DNA from: Vicugna vicugna
Lineage: Eukaryota
DNA: 64,000 nt
Assembly: GCA_013265495.1 (NCBI GenBank)
Contig: MU058815.1
Location: 186,001-250,000 of the forward strand
Direction of reading: 5' to 3'
In this document: positions 38,258 through 51,456 of the stretch, piece by piece
Layout: every line of letters begins with the position of its first letter
Numbering within the stretch: position 1 is the stretch's first letter
Translations under genes and position numbers: made by a program
Notes under the pieces: model-generated
The model's input: only the letters and a program-made list of their open reading frames with translations
What the model was told of the DNA's origin: nothing
Database searches by the model: none

Positions 38258-38577
38258 CAGGTGGCAAAGCTTTTCTGTAAAGGGCCCGATTGTACGTATG
38301 TTTGTCTGGGGAGGTCCTCCAGCCTCTGTTGAAAGTACTCAACTGCTGTTTTCAGGCCAAAAAAGCCAAACACACCATGTAAATGAATGAGCATGGCTGG
38401 GTTCCAAGAACTCTGTTTGCAGACACTGAAATGTGTAATTCATAGCATTTTCACATGTCACAAGATACTATTCTTATTTTGATAATCTTTCAACTATTTG
38501 ACAACGGAAAACCCATGCTTAGCCATTGCACGAAAACAGGGAGAGGGTGGGATTTGGCCCATAGTTTGCTAATCCTG
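38258..38577. mobile_element. MER58B-like hAT element
   Basis: Contains 'ggcaaagcttttctgtaaagggcc', 'aatgaatgagcatggctgggttccaa' and 'gatttggcccatagtttgctaatcctg'. Confidence 0.8.
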
Positions 38578-38599
38578 TATTTATTTATTGGTTAGTTTT

Positions 38600-38790
38600 T
38601 CCTGCATGTTTACCTGTATACTCATTTCGATATTTATTGTTTCTCTTTCCTCTCCCTCCTGTTAGGTGAGCTCTGCAGGGCAGGGATTTCTGCCTCATTT
38701 ATTCCCTGGTGTATACCAAGCACTTAGATAAAACATGCACCATATGATGGAAAGTACTCGAAAATAAATACCTGTTGGATAAATGAAGAT
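38600..38790 (+). mobile_element. L2 3' end
   Basis: Contains 'gtgagctctgcagggcagggatttctgcc...aaatacctgttggataaatgaa'. Confidence 0.7.
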
Positions 38791-41485
38791 GTGAATGAGC
38801 AGACAGACAGAAGACGACATTGCTGTTGTCTCTGTCCCTACGCCTCCCCCTGAATTCACCACCTCGCTGTCTGGAACATAAGAGGTGAAAAGTGCATTTG
38901 ACTTAACAGGTGTGCAGGGTATGGCCTGACCTGTGTTTAACAGTCCAGGGCCAGGAGAAAAAGCTTTCTTCGAGAAGATTCTTGAGCCAGAAGCTAGAAA
39001 TTACATCAAGGATTGATATGTTTTCTTTTTGATTTCTGCCTAGCAGAACTGCATGACAACATTTTATCCAAAATTCATTTGCCCTGTAGCCCAGGTGGAG
39101 ACAGAAAAGGAGAATGAAAATCAGACACCCGTGCTGATATAAAACAAAATAGAAAACTGTTTAAATACTTGTAACTAGACCTATTCAAATAAAGATTCAA
39201 GGCAGTTTACAAAAATACTAACAAAATTAAGTTTCTTTTTTAATGGAAGGGAAATGGGACAGGAGAATAAGAGCAGGGTGTCAGGGGCCAGCTCAGTTCC
39301 CAAAACTCACCCACAGGCACACGTTACAGGGCAGTTGCGGCTTGATTCTGCTTTCAGCAGCTGGCACTAGGAGCCCAGGGCAATCAGCGACACCACCAAG
39401 TGTCCTCAAGGTAAAGAACCAACCAGGGGCTCCAGGGGAAGAGGGGAAGCGTTCTCCTGCGTGGTCAGGGGACTGGCGGGGATGGCTCCCGGGCGTCCTC
39501 TTAAGGAGGCCAAGTTCATGGCCGAACTTCTGCAGTCCCCTGGCGTTCAGGACTGCGGGGCCAGCCGTCCCTGGAAGGAGGCAGAGGCCACAGCACCAAG
39601 AGGCATTCTCAGTCTTTCCTGGGTCTGCATCTTATCCAGGTTTCCTTCTCTTTCTATGAAGTGCTCTTCGGAGAAACGTTCCAAAGAAATTCCCGAGCGA
39701 TGCTTTGATGAGACTCACCCTGGGGACCGTCAAAAGAACCAGCCTTCTGCAGACGCCACCAGAGCCAGCAGCGTGCATCTGGGTATCAGCCGTTCTTCAG
39801 CTGTTCTTTGTCGATTGTTCCTGTTACACTGAGAGAGGTGCAGACTCTGAATCCGGACTCAGCTCGGAGCTCCTGATCCTCCATCACCACTCGCTGTGGG
39901 TCCTTGGGCAGCCAACTGACCCTGCCTGGGCCAGTTTCCTCATCTGTGGAAGGGAATGGTACTCAGAACATCCTTCACATGGCTCTTGCGAACCTTAGGG
40001 AGTTCCTACATAAAACTAGAAATCAGTGCCCAGACCATAATAACTACTACATTTTGTTTTATTAGAAATTTTTTTTCGGGTTTTACGATATTTTTCATGG
40101 GACAGCACAAACACATCTTGGTGCAGACTTATTTTCAACCTTGTACACTCTTAACTTTCTTGGGATAGAAGTTCCTCAAGGTAATCGAATTATTGTTCTT
40201 TAATGCGATTTGTTGGGAAGGGAGTCAGCAGAGAAGATAACCGACTTCGGAGACAGAAGACCTAAACTCTGCCATCATCAGCCCCGAGCCCCCAAATCCT
40301 CTGACACTCCAAGGCAAACACAGACCTCCTCCCCTGAGGGTGGTGGTCGGGCTGAAGGGGAGCAGCGTGCGTGGGGCACAGATCAAGGCTGGCACACCTC
40401 GTCCGCTCGTTGGAATGGCAACTGTTAATATCATGATGGCGAAACGACTGGGCACATGGGGAAAATCTTCACATTTATCCTTTTCCATGTCTTCCTTAAG
40501 CATCTCCTTCTTGAAGGAAGGGATGTCATTTATAACTTTGGATGATTTGATCTGGTGCCAAGAGCATTACCATGGTCCATGGTCATTTATCGGCGGGATT
40601 TTGGTGCATTGGTGAATAGTCTTTGGGAGCAATGCTAAAGTCCATAATTACAATGGGAGGTCATTTTTTTTTAATTGCAATCAAAAGCAGTTGAACATTG
40701 TTTTCTGCTTGCCTCTGACGGCGACAAGCCTGAATCACAATCATAAACAGGTTCTTAGCGTGTGTGTGGGAGGTGGCCCTGATGAGCACTGTTTTTTCTT
40801 GCCCATAAACATGATGCCCATTTCAGCCCCAAGACATTCTCTGAAAGTGGTTTCCCAAGACTGTGTGCACCGCAACATGCTATTTCTTTGTGCCGATGAC
40901 CACACATGAACGGTTTTTATTTTTAAAAATGAGATAAAGGACTCTAAGTGCTAGAAAAGCAAGCCTTTTTTGTCCCAGATAATTTCCTTCAAAGGTCAAA
41001 TCGAAATATAGTTATTGGAAAATAACTGTAGTTGACCGCGAGCAGCTCCCTAAGAAAGCAGTTTCTTTAGCGTATCTACATTGTAAGGTGGGTTTTTATT
41101 TTCCAAATATAATATGAGGATGGGTTGTTGAGAGCAAATCAAAGCATGAGTAAGTTCAATAACACGAATGCTGGCATTTGTTTTTAAAGATAATAAAACT
41201 CACCTTTCAAAAATGATGTAGGTTTTTGCCAGCTCATTATCTGCAGACTTTTCCATCTAATCTTTATTGAATGCCTATGTGCAGGCTGTCATCTATGAAA
41301 AAGTCTTACGAGGTAGCTGATTTATTTCCTTTTTATAGATGAAGAAACTGAACATGGAGGAGGAAACGAATCCCCCCCAAGTTCTCACAGTTATTCTGGG
41401 CCAAGCCAGCATTCGTGACCTGTCACCCTCCCTTCCTAAGGACCTCATGGACCTCTGGACCTGTGATGTGCAGCAGGGAAGGTAA

Positions 41486-41978
41486 TATTACCAAGTCCAA
41501 GCTCATACTGCTTGACAGAATACAGGCCAATAAATCAAAGGATGAATTGTTGGGGCAAAGAATAGTGACTTATTTGGAAAGCCAGCAGACCGAGAAGATG
41601 GTGGACTAGTGTCCCAAAGAGCCATCTTGCCTGAGTTAGAATTCAGGCTTCTTTCACACTAAAAGGGGAGGGAGTAAAGTCAAACATTTCCTGGCTCCGG
41701 TCGGTCAGCCTCCAGAGGGGGGTGTGAATTTCCTCCTTCCTGTAGTCCTTCACAGGTGGGTGTGGTCAGGATGTTTCCTGTGAGCTAAACAAAGGTATTT
41801 TAGCTTAATGCTGGTTACCTGGGAGGCAGGGTCTAAGAGATGGGCTATTATGTATAATTTAAGCTTCTAGGCAACATTCCTTTAGTGATTAATTTGTAGC
41901 AAAAGCAATAGACTACGAAGATTAAAGTGAAAAAAAAACAGATCCCATGTGGAGTCAGATTTGTTCTTCCCTATTACA
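41486..41978 (-). mobile_element. MER41-like ERV1 solo LTR
   Basis: The minus strand starts 'tgtaatagggaagaacaaatctgactcc' and ends '...gacttggtaata' (terminal CA mutated), as in artiodactyl MER41-type LTRs. No clear TSD. Confidence 0.7.
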
Positions 41979-41989
41979 AAGACAACCAA

Positions 41990-42180
41990 ACAGGGCTATT
42001 TAAACTTAACTATAGATCAATCAAAGTTAAATAAGTTAATCAAATTAAAAATTTCATCCCTCAATTGCACCAGCCCTCGGTCAAATGCTCAAAGCCCTCA
42101 TGTAGCCGGTGGCCCTCGTGTTGAACGGCACAGAATATAGGACCGTAGCATGACTGCAGAAGGTGCTCTTGGATGTCACC
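41990..42180 (-). mobile_element. MER3/MER33-like hAT fragment
   Basis: Contains 'caaatgctcaaagccctcatgtagccggtggc...gcatgactgcagaagg'. Confidence 0.6.
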
Positions 42181-43229
42181 GCTTCAGAAGCTCTCAGCCT
42201 CTCAACAGCTGCTGGAGAATCATTGGATGCCTCTCGGGGGGAGAAAAGGCACCAAAAGCTGGCCTCACGGGTGCTGGCTCTGTGGCTCTGTGACCTCAAA
42301 TCCTTGCTCTTTTGCTAGCTTTCTGGTTCCTTCATGCAGATTTTTTGTCCAGGTTTTTTAGATCTCAGTGGGAGGATTGGACTAAACCCAATCAGATTTT
42401 CCAGCATTTCATTTTCCCTGCGGATCTGTCTGCAAACTTTCCTTTGCTCTAATCCACAGACTTTAATGTTGCCTGGTGTGAGCATATCCAAGCATGCCTG
42501 AAATTTAAAATAAATGTTGTTTATAAACCACGTCCAGTGATCCATTAGCCCCTTGCCATGTGTCCAGAAAACTCTATTATTTCCCACTGCCACCAGCCTC
42601 ATTGGCCTCCACCCACACAGACATCCATGCAGACAGCAGCACGGCCAGGCCCTCCCATGCATGCTCGCAGGACCCCCGTCTGCCCACCCTTTTCAGGCAT
42701 CCCCAGGCGGTATCTCGTTTGAGCTCCCAACCAGGGTAGCAGGCACAGTCACCACTTAGCGTTGCCGTGCTGTCCCTGTGGGTCCAGGTCCCACTTGTCA
42801 ACATCTCACAGTCCTGAAGCCACTAGCAGAGTCTGATCACTGCTGCTCACAGGTCTCATTGTGACGGTACCATTCTTTATGCCTCTTGATGCTGCCTGGG
42901 ATCCAAATTCCAAGCAGCCAGTGCGAACATGTAATCCACACGACCTGGGGAGAATGGCCCGTTTCCCACCCCAGCTCTTTGCTGGAACTTGCCGTCTGGC
43001 TCCTAAGCACCAGTTCATCTTCCCAGACTTCCCCAAATTTCCAAAGACACAAAACAAACCCCCATCCTTGTCCGTGCATGGAAGTCGGTCCTAGTGTCTG
43101 GTAAGGAGGCGTGAGAAAGGTGCTTTCACACCGTCAGTAGGGAAGCCTCGTCGTTGGCCTGTCCAATCACCCTTCCGCCCTCGAAACACCTTTAAATGAT
43201 TCACCCGGACATATGCATTAGGTCTGTCT

Positions 43230-44027
43230 TTTATCCTGCTTCAGAGATTTTTATTCTACCTTTATTTTGACGCCAGCTGGTGTGCTGCAGTGCAGTTCCG
43301 GCTCTGATGACCTGGAGCTAGCACACACCCCACAAGGGAAGGTCATCATCTTCCACAAGACTGCCCCCAATACGGATGCCAGCCACAAGCTCTGGGGGTC
43401 CCAGGTCACCCACAGTTCTGACCAACTGGCAGCAAGTTCAGGAGTCCCTATGACCCCCATCAGGTTTGGTAACTTCTTAGAACAATGCACAGAACTCAGG
43501 ACAATACTATACATACAATTACAGTTTTATTTGAAAGGATACAACTCAGGACCATCCAAATGAAGAGACTCGGGTGAGGTCTCGGAGGGCCCCAAACTTG
43601 GAGCTTCCGTGCCCTTCCCTCCTGGAATCAGGTCGCATTACCCTCTTGGCACATCAGTGTGTCTACCAGCCAAACGACTCCCCTCTGGTTCAGGGTCCAG
43701 AGTTTTTACTGTGACTTCCTAGATACGGTTGATCGAATCATTGGCATGTGATTGAACTTGATCCCCATCTGCCTCTCCCTCTCCCCTCCCCAGAGGTCAG
43801 GCCAGCTCAGGGTCCCAACTCTCCCTCTCTGATCACGTGGTTGGTGTTTCTGGTGACCCATCCTGAACCTCTCCAGAGACCCACCACATTCACCTCATTA
43901 GCATGAGGGATCCAGGGGGCTCATGAATGATGAAGACATTTCTATCGCTCAGGAAGTTCCAAGGGTTTTAGAAACTCCATGCCAGGATCTTGGGACAAAG
44001 ACTGGATGAAGTATTTACTGTATGACA
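43230..44027 (-). mobile_element. Second MER21-like ERV1 solo LTR
   Basis: Contains 'ccacaagactgccccca', 'tctgaccaactggc', 'cacagaactcagg' and 'ccaagggttttag'. Collinear with 2988-3908. Confidence 0.75.
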
Positions 44028-44071
44028 CCTTGATAGCTTATTCACAGTTACATGATGAGGTTCTTACTCAC

Positions 44072-44155
44072 CAACACAGGGGTGTGAAAATCTTGCTTTA
44101 CTACCCAAGAACAAATCTAAATACACTCTCCTCTTCTGTACGACTTCCCTGAAAT
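44072..44155 (-). other. Candidate exon of an unknown transcript
   Basis: Acceptor 'catttttctcttggacag|' and donor 'TTG|GTGAGT' with an overlapping alternative donor 'TGA|GTAAGA'. The exon is 84 bp with an open frame. Confidence 0.3.
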
Positions 44156-46619
44156 CTGTCCAAGAGAAAAATGTAAATTGTTCAGCGACAATGGACTCTG
44201 TCTTTCACTTGAGAAAGGTAATACTGCTACCGCTGTCTCTTCTACCATGATGACAAATAATAATGATTGCTCTTGCTTTCTGGGTGGATGTGACACACTC
44301 CCCAAAGGCAGCGAATGTAAGAGAACCAGACTTCAGAAACCTGTTTCCAAAGTCTGCCCCTTGGGGTTGATTTCCACCAAAAGCAAACATTATACTGGCT
44401 GCACTTGGCACATCGGTGTGACTCGTGTGCTTAGATATACAAGAATGGTTGGAAAACCAGGTTTGCAAAACCCTTAGTGTCAGGCTTGAGTGAAAGTGCA
44501 AACCTGAGTCAAACCCAGTTTACAATATGGAACCCAGCTGGTTGGCCTAAGGTTGGCAGTAAGGCTGGGAAATCTTTTTTTTTTTAATTTTAATTGAGAA
44601 AAGTTGGTTGGGGGAAGACACATGTTGCCTGGAACTCTGATTCTAACCAGAGGGGTCCTGGAAAACCCGGGGCTAGTTCCCGTCCTGAATAGTTTGAAGA
44701 ATATGGCAGAAGCCCCCCTCCATTAAGAATTAATACTGATAAGTTTAAAACGAAGTTACCAAGGGACCATTTTGGCCATGATCAAAAGACTGACTACATC
44801 TGCCAAGACAATGACATTTCCAAACACTTGACTTTTTGCAACATGCTTATGTGAGTTTTCAGTTTCCCGTTTATGCACGACTGAGAGGGAAAGAAGGAGC
44901 CAAAGAGAAAGTAAAACACTTTTTCATTAACCAGGTGGAGGCTCGGCTGCATTCCCAGCACCCTGTACACGCCAGGAGTCAGAGTTTAAACTGCCGTGCA
45001 AAGGGGTGATGATGAGCAAAAAGTAAGAGTTGACCTTTTCCTGCTTTGCACCAAAAAGTGCCACGGGTTTTTCATCTCCTGAGCATACAGTCTACACAAG
45101 CATGCTCTGAATTAGATTGCGAGAGAGTGGCTGTTACTATGATGCCCCCCGTGAGAATGTCTATGCAGATTCAGTGAGAGTGTTTTTGAAGTGTGTTTTA
45201 GCTTTTGTGTTGTATGTGTGTGTGTGTCCCAAGTCTTGCAAATTCCATGAATACACAAAAACCAACCAACCAACCAACCAACAAAACAATGGAATAATAG
45301 CACGGCCTGCTTTACTCAGTGGATAAAAAGGGTAGAATCTGGGCTGAGAGACAAAGCCAAAAGTGGACCTTCATGGGCTCTTTGAATGCTGGGCTGGTGA
45401 ATTAACGAACAGGACAATGGGGTTCGGTTGCCAACTGAAAACCCGGATGCAGAGGGCCCCGCCTTCCCTCCTAAGTTTTCCTACCTCCAACTCACTCCCT
45501 GCACCTCAAATATATTCCCAAGGGAAAAGAATGTACTTTGCAAAGATTCTAAATCAGTACTTCTGAGTGCTAACTTAACTTTCATTTATTAACTAAAAAA
45601 AAAAATCCATTGAGTGACTCTGGGCCAGAGCTTCTCAGCACAGGGGCAGCAGCCTCTGTTCTCCCAGCATCACAGTCCAGTAAAGAGGCAAAATAAACAG
45701 AGAGAACTTAAAAGTGATCACTGTGGTTCAAATAGGGATCGATGCTACCGGGCACAGTGGGACACAGAAATCACTGGCCACTGGTAGAAGTCGTGAGACC
45801 TCAGCACACTTCACTAACATTCTTCTCAAAATCCATAATCTGCATCCCATTGTGAAGAAATATCAGACAAACCCAAACTGTGACACATGCTACAAAGTGC
45901 CTGGTTTTGAGCGTCAAGGTCTTAATTGTCCCAGAGTAAAGAGACTAAAGAGAGATGGGAACCACGGGCACCATGTGATCCTGCACAGATTAAAGACTTC
46001 AGATTCTGCAAGGTCTAATATTGGTTCCCTCCTAAGAAAAACCAATCACTGCCCTTCAAATGGAACTTACCTATTTGCTAAAAACTTAGTTCAGTGCTTA
46101 CCACATAGCAGGTAGGCAAAAATGATTTATTATATGGATGAATTAATGCTGATACCAAAAGCCAAGAAAATCGCCAACATCATTCAGATGCTTACTATCC
46201 TGGCTTGACCAAAATGAAAGTTCCTTACAATTAATATAATAAAACACAGGATTTCCTTCAAGAAAGCTCCCAAATTAATCTTATGATGGTCATTTTGCTC
46301 GTCTTCTTCAACAGTGATGTTTAAATAATTTATTGACATTGAAAGCACTTCTGTCTAAGAAAGGCATTTGGAAGTTGAAAGTGACAACCGAAGGAGAGAC
46401 TCATGGGGAGCTTCAGACCAAAATTATAGCTCCCAATGTTGTGTTTGGACTTTCAAAATTTGGAATGCCATGTTTTGAATTTTTAAAGTTTAAAATTAAT
46501 GCTTTTGTGCATGTGTGCTTTGGCATGGTATCCCCGGCTCCCCGGGACTTTGCTTCCGGGCAGGGGGCACAGCAAACACAGGCTCTGCGTCCGTGGTGAT
46601 GCTTCGCCATTGGCCTCCA

Positions 46620-46965
46620 CCCCCTCCGCCCCCTCCCACCCTGTTCTGCCCCGCCCTGTTCTGGACGCTCACCTGGCTGCTCTGCACCATCCAGGATCCA
46701 CTGCCTTTTGGCTTCCAGGTGAATCCTGCTCTCCATCAGGAAGCTGGCCCTCGAAAAAGAGAAGTTGGCATGTTTATGTTCACTCCCAGTCTCACCGTGT
46801 GTGTCCAGGGTCCCCGAGACCCCCAGTTTCAGTGATTGCCTAGAACAAGTCACAGGACTCCGCAGATAGTCATGCGCATGGTTGTGATTTATTACATGAA
46901 AAGATAGCAAGCAAAATCATCAGAAGGAACGAGCACATGGAGCAGTGTCTGGAGGAAACCGCAGT
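46620..46965 (-). mobile_element. LTR33-like (ERVL) fragment followed by a MER21-group LTR fragment (from about 46800)
   Basis: 'ctgccttttggcttccagg...gttggcatgtttat' is followed by 'gggtccccgagacccccagtttcagtgattgcctaga...cacaggactc...tgatttattaca'. Confidence 0.5.
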
Positions 46966-49900
46966 TCTCTCCCGCAAACTACGAGGCCTGTAGCTGAGTT
47001 TGTACCTTGAACCTCCTTCCCGTTCCCTTTCACAAAATCTCCACTGTTCCTGAGAGCACCCTTAGGCTTCGGCTTCTCCACCCTCTATTTGAAATGAAGT
47101 CAGCTCCTTTGGGAAGTGGTCAGGGGCTGTCTCTCCTCTCCAGGCACAATCCTGAGCCAGAGCTCTAAAGCTGGAGGTGGGGACAACGACAGGCTTCTCT
47201 CTGAGTGGCACCTCCACTCCAGAACCCGAGCGTTTGGTGACAGGTGGGGCAGAAGCCTGGGGTGCTCTCGGTCAACTGTCTCGATGTGAAACCGCTCCTC
47301 GTGAACTGGGGCAAGGGTAGCTGGGGTCCCAGTGTTTCTGGCATGCCATGCCCAAGGCAGAGTCTGCACCCCACAAATGGGGGCTGGGTGGAAAATTGTA
47401 GCCCCATCTCCCAATGGCACTTCTCCAGGACTTAGTAATGGGTGAGAGGGAAGGACCACAAGGGACAATAGGAAACTCTTAGTTGTGATGATGATTATGT
47501 TGCTTGTGCTGATGATTTAATGGATGTACACGTGTCCAAACTTAACAAACATAGGTGGCCTGTGGTAGGTCCACTATACCCCTAGAAAATTTGTCACAAT
47601 GGGAAGAAAGTAACTTGGAGGATGTATTTCCAATATAATAAAAAGTTAGGTGTAGGAAGAGCTCATACATACCAAACGCAGGCGGAAACGAGACCCTGTA
47701 ATAGAGATGAATTCAGCCACGAACCCAGGCATTTTCCAGCTGCATCTCTTGGATGCAGAAGTGCGGGGTAAGGGCAGGAAGCCTGGAAGAGAGCTCAGCA
47801 CCCACTCCACACTCCAGGCACACTTGTGGAGTAAATGTTTGCTGAGTGCATTGCCCCTGGAAAGTTACTTTCATACTCAGCTCACCCCTAGGGCCAGTTT
47901 CTCGGTCACATTACCACTCTCCCAACACCACGGTAATGAATATCCTTTGATCACAACAGGAAGTCATTGCGTTAGGATCAAGAGTCACTCAGCATATTTT
48001 CCTTACGTTGCCTTAGTCATAATAATGAAGGGTGCTGACCTGTTAATTACGTAGCCACACGGTGGTGGCAACTGCAGTTAATTCTTTAATGTCTTTGTTA
48101 TCTGAAAATCTCAAACTGCATATGACAAGTCTTACGCCTCCTCCATGTATTCCCATTTTTAAGACGCTTTGAGAAGCGGGGGCTGATTATAAAAGGAATT
48201 ATGTCAGTTAATGATATTCCATGATGTGGCTCCTACTGTGTTCTTCAAATTCAACATGCTTGCACTTCCCTCAACCAGAGAAGTCTCCTCGTTCGTCCTG
48301 CCCACATCCCATTACAATAATAGCCATCATTTTACACCATTTCATGAACACCACGCACACCAGACACACTTCACATACGTCAGCAACAAACCTTACATCC
48401 ACCCTCAACATAGCTATTAATTATTCACCCATTTTACAGATGTGAACATTGATGGTCCTAGAGATTAAATAACTTGCCCAAAGTCTCCCAGCGTCTGATA
48501 AGTTTCTGTCAGATTCCCCAGACCTGTACATTCGGGCCATCTCTCTGTGCTGTTCAGATTTTTGTCTTTGCCTTTTTGCTCCTGCCATGTCCCCAGCCTG
48601 GACCAGTTTTGCTTCTCTTCCCTCCAGAGTCTCTCAAGTCCAGTCCTACCTTCAGCACAAACCCTCCTCTGACAGCCTTGGCCCCCAGCTCTTCCTAATA
48701 CACCTTGACGAGTCCTTGTCGGCGAAGGAAAAAGAGGGCGAAGACAGAGCTGGGTGGAGAGAGGCAGAGCTGGGAATCGGAAGTAAGGCCGGTAGAGATG
48801 TCAGGAGGCGGAGCGCGGGAGGGTGAGGAGGCAAGCTTGAAAACAGAAATCAATTATTTTCCCTCCCTCCTTAAAAATTGTGCAGCCCCACCTAGCTTTT
48901 GAGGACAGGTAAGGACTACGAGAAGGCTGAGGAATGGAAGGGGTCTGGAAGATGCTCCCTCACCCAGAAATGGCACCAGCATTCACCAGCGCCAGGACCC
49001 CGGCTTTGCCGGGCAGGAGTGAAGGGCAACAGTCAATTTCCTTAGCCTCGTCCAGCCACAGAGTTCCTGATTCCTCTGTCAGTTCTGTTAATTAAACTAA
49101 AAATAACTCGCTATCAGTCCATCGTGCCTCCAAGCCATGGTCTTTAGCTACGAGCACCCGATTTGGAGCAGCCACGAAACGCATGCTCCACTAAATTCAG
49201 ATTTCAAAAGACAGAAGCCGACAGAGGGCTCCTGGGCCAGCTTGTGGAAGGAAAGTGTCCGCATCCTGTTGTTCCACTAGGTAGTAAAACACTTGAGGAA
49301 AAGAATTGCCTGAAAAACACTTTTATTTTCTGGATTTGCAAAGGGGACCAGGAGAACTTTACAGGGATGATGGTAATGTTCAATGTTCTGATTGCAGTGG
49401 TGGGTACACAGGCATACACATTTGTCTAGTCACCTAATTGCACACGTAAGGTACGTGCATCTTACTGCAGACGCATTCTACTGCAAAATGACTGACAGGG
49501 AAGAAGAAAGGAAGGAAAGGAAGAAGGAAAAGGGAAAAAAAGAAACATCTTCCCGCTCCTGTGAAGTTAAGCTCTGCTGACGCGGAGACCCTGGTTTCCA
49601 CTGGGCAGCGCTTCCACCAAGGAGCTCAGTGAGCAGGAGTCCAGGGGCCCTGCTGTGCGGTGGGGTAACTGACCCCAGCTGTTACGGGAGGCTTGGGCTG
49701 CCGCCACAAAGTGGGGGTGGGAAGAAGAGGTCTGGGGTTCAGGGGACTCAGCGGGGCTCTCTTGGTGTTTCTGTGCCCAGTGTGGTCGGCACACAAGAAA
49801 TTGCGGCCAGTCTGGCCGCCCGAGGAAGCAGGCGCGGGGGACGTCAGGTGGGGCGGTGGGGCGGTGGGGTGCTGACGTGTCCGTTTCGACCTGTCAGTCA

Positions 49901-49989
49901 CAAGGCTTCTTGTGAAGGAGCCGCCGGGCTTCCTAATCAGATTAGCTTGAGACTCACTTCCTTTTCAATGGACAAAGCGATGGAATGAG

Positions 49990-50395
49990 AAACCTATTAG
50001 AGCGAAAATCCTCAGCAGGACACTAGCAGACAGACTCCAACAACGCGTTAGAAGAATCATATGCCACGATCAAGTCAGCTTTATCCAAGGATGCAGGGAT
50101 TTTTTTCAATACACACAAATCAATCAACGTGATACACCACATTAACGAACTGAAGAATAAAAACCATATGATAGTCTCAGTAGATGCAGAAAAGGCTTTT
50201 GATAAAATTCAACATCCATTTATGATCAAAACTCTCCAGAAAGTGGGCACAGACGGAACACACCTCAACATAATAAAGGCCGTAGATGACAAACCCACAG
50301 CTAACGTCATACGCAATGGGGAAAAGATGAAAGCATTTCCTCTGAGATCACGAACAAGACGAGACGCCCGCTCTCGCCACCTTTATTCAACACTA
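49990..50395 (+). mobile_element. L1 ORF2 reverse-transcriptase fragment
   Basis: ORF 50129 translates [35 protein letters not shown]...KPTAN, the L1 RT motif, and loses the L1 frame after FPLRS. Confidence 0.95.
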
Positions 50396-51036
50396 CAGGC
50401 TTGGGCTACGTGTCTCCCCCGCGCCCACCCTTACGCCTGCACCCTCTCCTGGCGGCGGGGCTGAGCTACCTTCCCCAGCCCGATCCACGCTCATTACCTG
50501 CTTCGTACACACAGGACAGGCTGCCTGTAATGAGCACAGACTGCCGGGGAGGTTTTCATGAATGTTGACTCATTGTTTTAACGGGCCAGAGGGATTAAAA
50601 CACATGGCAGAGGACTCGTGAGTTCTCACGCACCAAGAATGGAATAGCCCTGCAAGTTCACTTGCTCCCACAAAGAGGTTGGCATAAAGACAGGGGCGGC
50701 GGCAGAGGGCCTCTCTCCTGGTGCCTTTTTCTAGTCTAGGGTAAGCCTGCTCAGTGCTCTCTTTTCCAATCTCAACTCGCCATTCCTGTTCACCGCGGAC
50801 CCACACAGTTCTTTCAAGCCAACAATTTTAATTATGTTTACACTCAATTAAGACCCCATCTGAGGGCTGGGTTTATCCAAGACATGGCCTGGATCCCCTC
50901 AAGGACTCTCCCCAGCCTCTCTCAGGCAAGAGGCAGCAAGGCAAAAGTGGCTTTACCACGTGAATTTACTTCACAGTCCCTTGAAGAATGTTATCCAACG
51001 CTGTTTTAAAGTTTTATCTTTCAAAATGCCATTTTA

Positions 51037-51103
51037 TTTTATTTTTTTCTTTTCTCTTTATATATACATATTTTTTTAATTGAAGTGCAGTCAGTTTACA
51101 CTC
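51037..51103 (-). mobile_element. Ultra-short L1 tail insertion with perfect 17-bp TSD
   Basis: TTCAAAATGCCATTTTA at 51020-51036 and 51104-51120 flanks a T-rich tail plus 'aattgaagtgcagtcagtttaca'. Confidence 0.85.
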
Positions 51104-51283
51104 TTCAAAATGCCATTTTAAACGGTGATAAGACACAGAGTAGCTTGTGGCACTTGCAAACTACACTGCTTGCCGATAAGCATTAGCATGGAGCCTTCCA
51201 AACTACATTATACGTTTCCAAACTACATTATATTTTTCACAACGATGTCATAGGTGGAGTTTATCAAACAGAGAGAGTCTTAC

Positions 51284-51456
51284 CTGTTTCCCTCCTAATG
51301 GCTCTAGGTGTGTTCTCTAGGGTTCTCTTTCTCATTTTTGTAATTCTGGAATGTTCCTGTATATTTCATCCCATCGACGTATTAAAGATGAAACCGACAA
51401 CAGGCTACCAAACCGAAAAAAAGATGAATGAGAAGCTGTAAAGTCAGGCAGGTTCA
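51284..51456 (-). other. Candidate exon of an unknown transcript
   Basis: Acceptor (T)13CAG| and donor CAG|GTAAGA, 173 bp apart, in non-repeat sequence. No transcript evidence. Confidence 0.35.
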
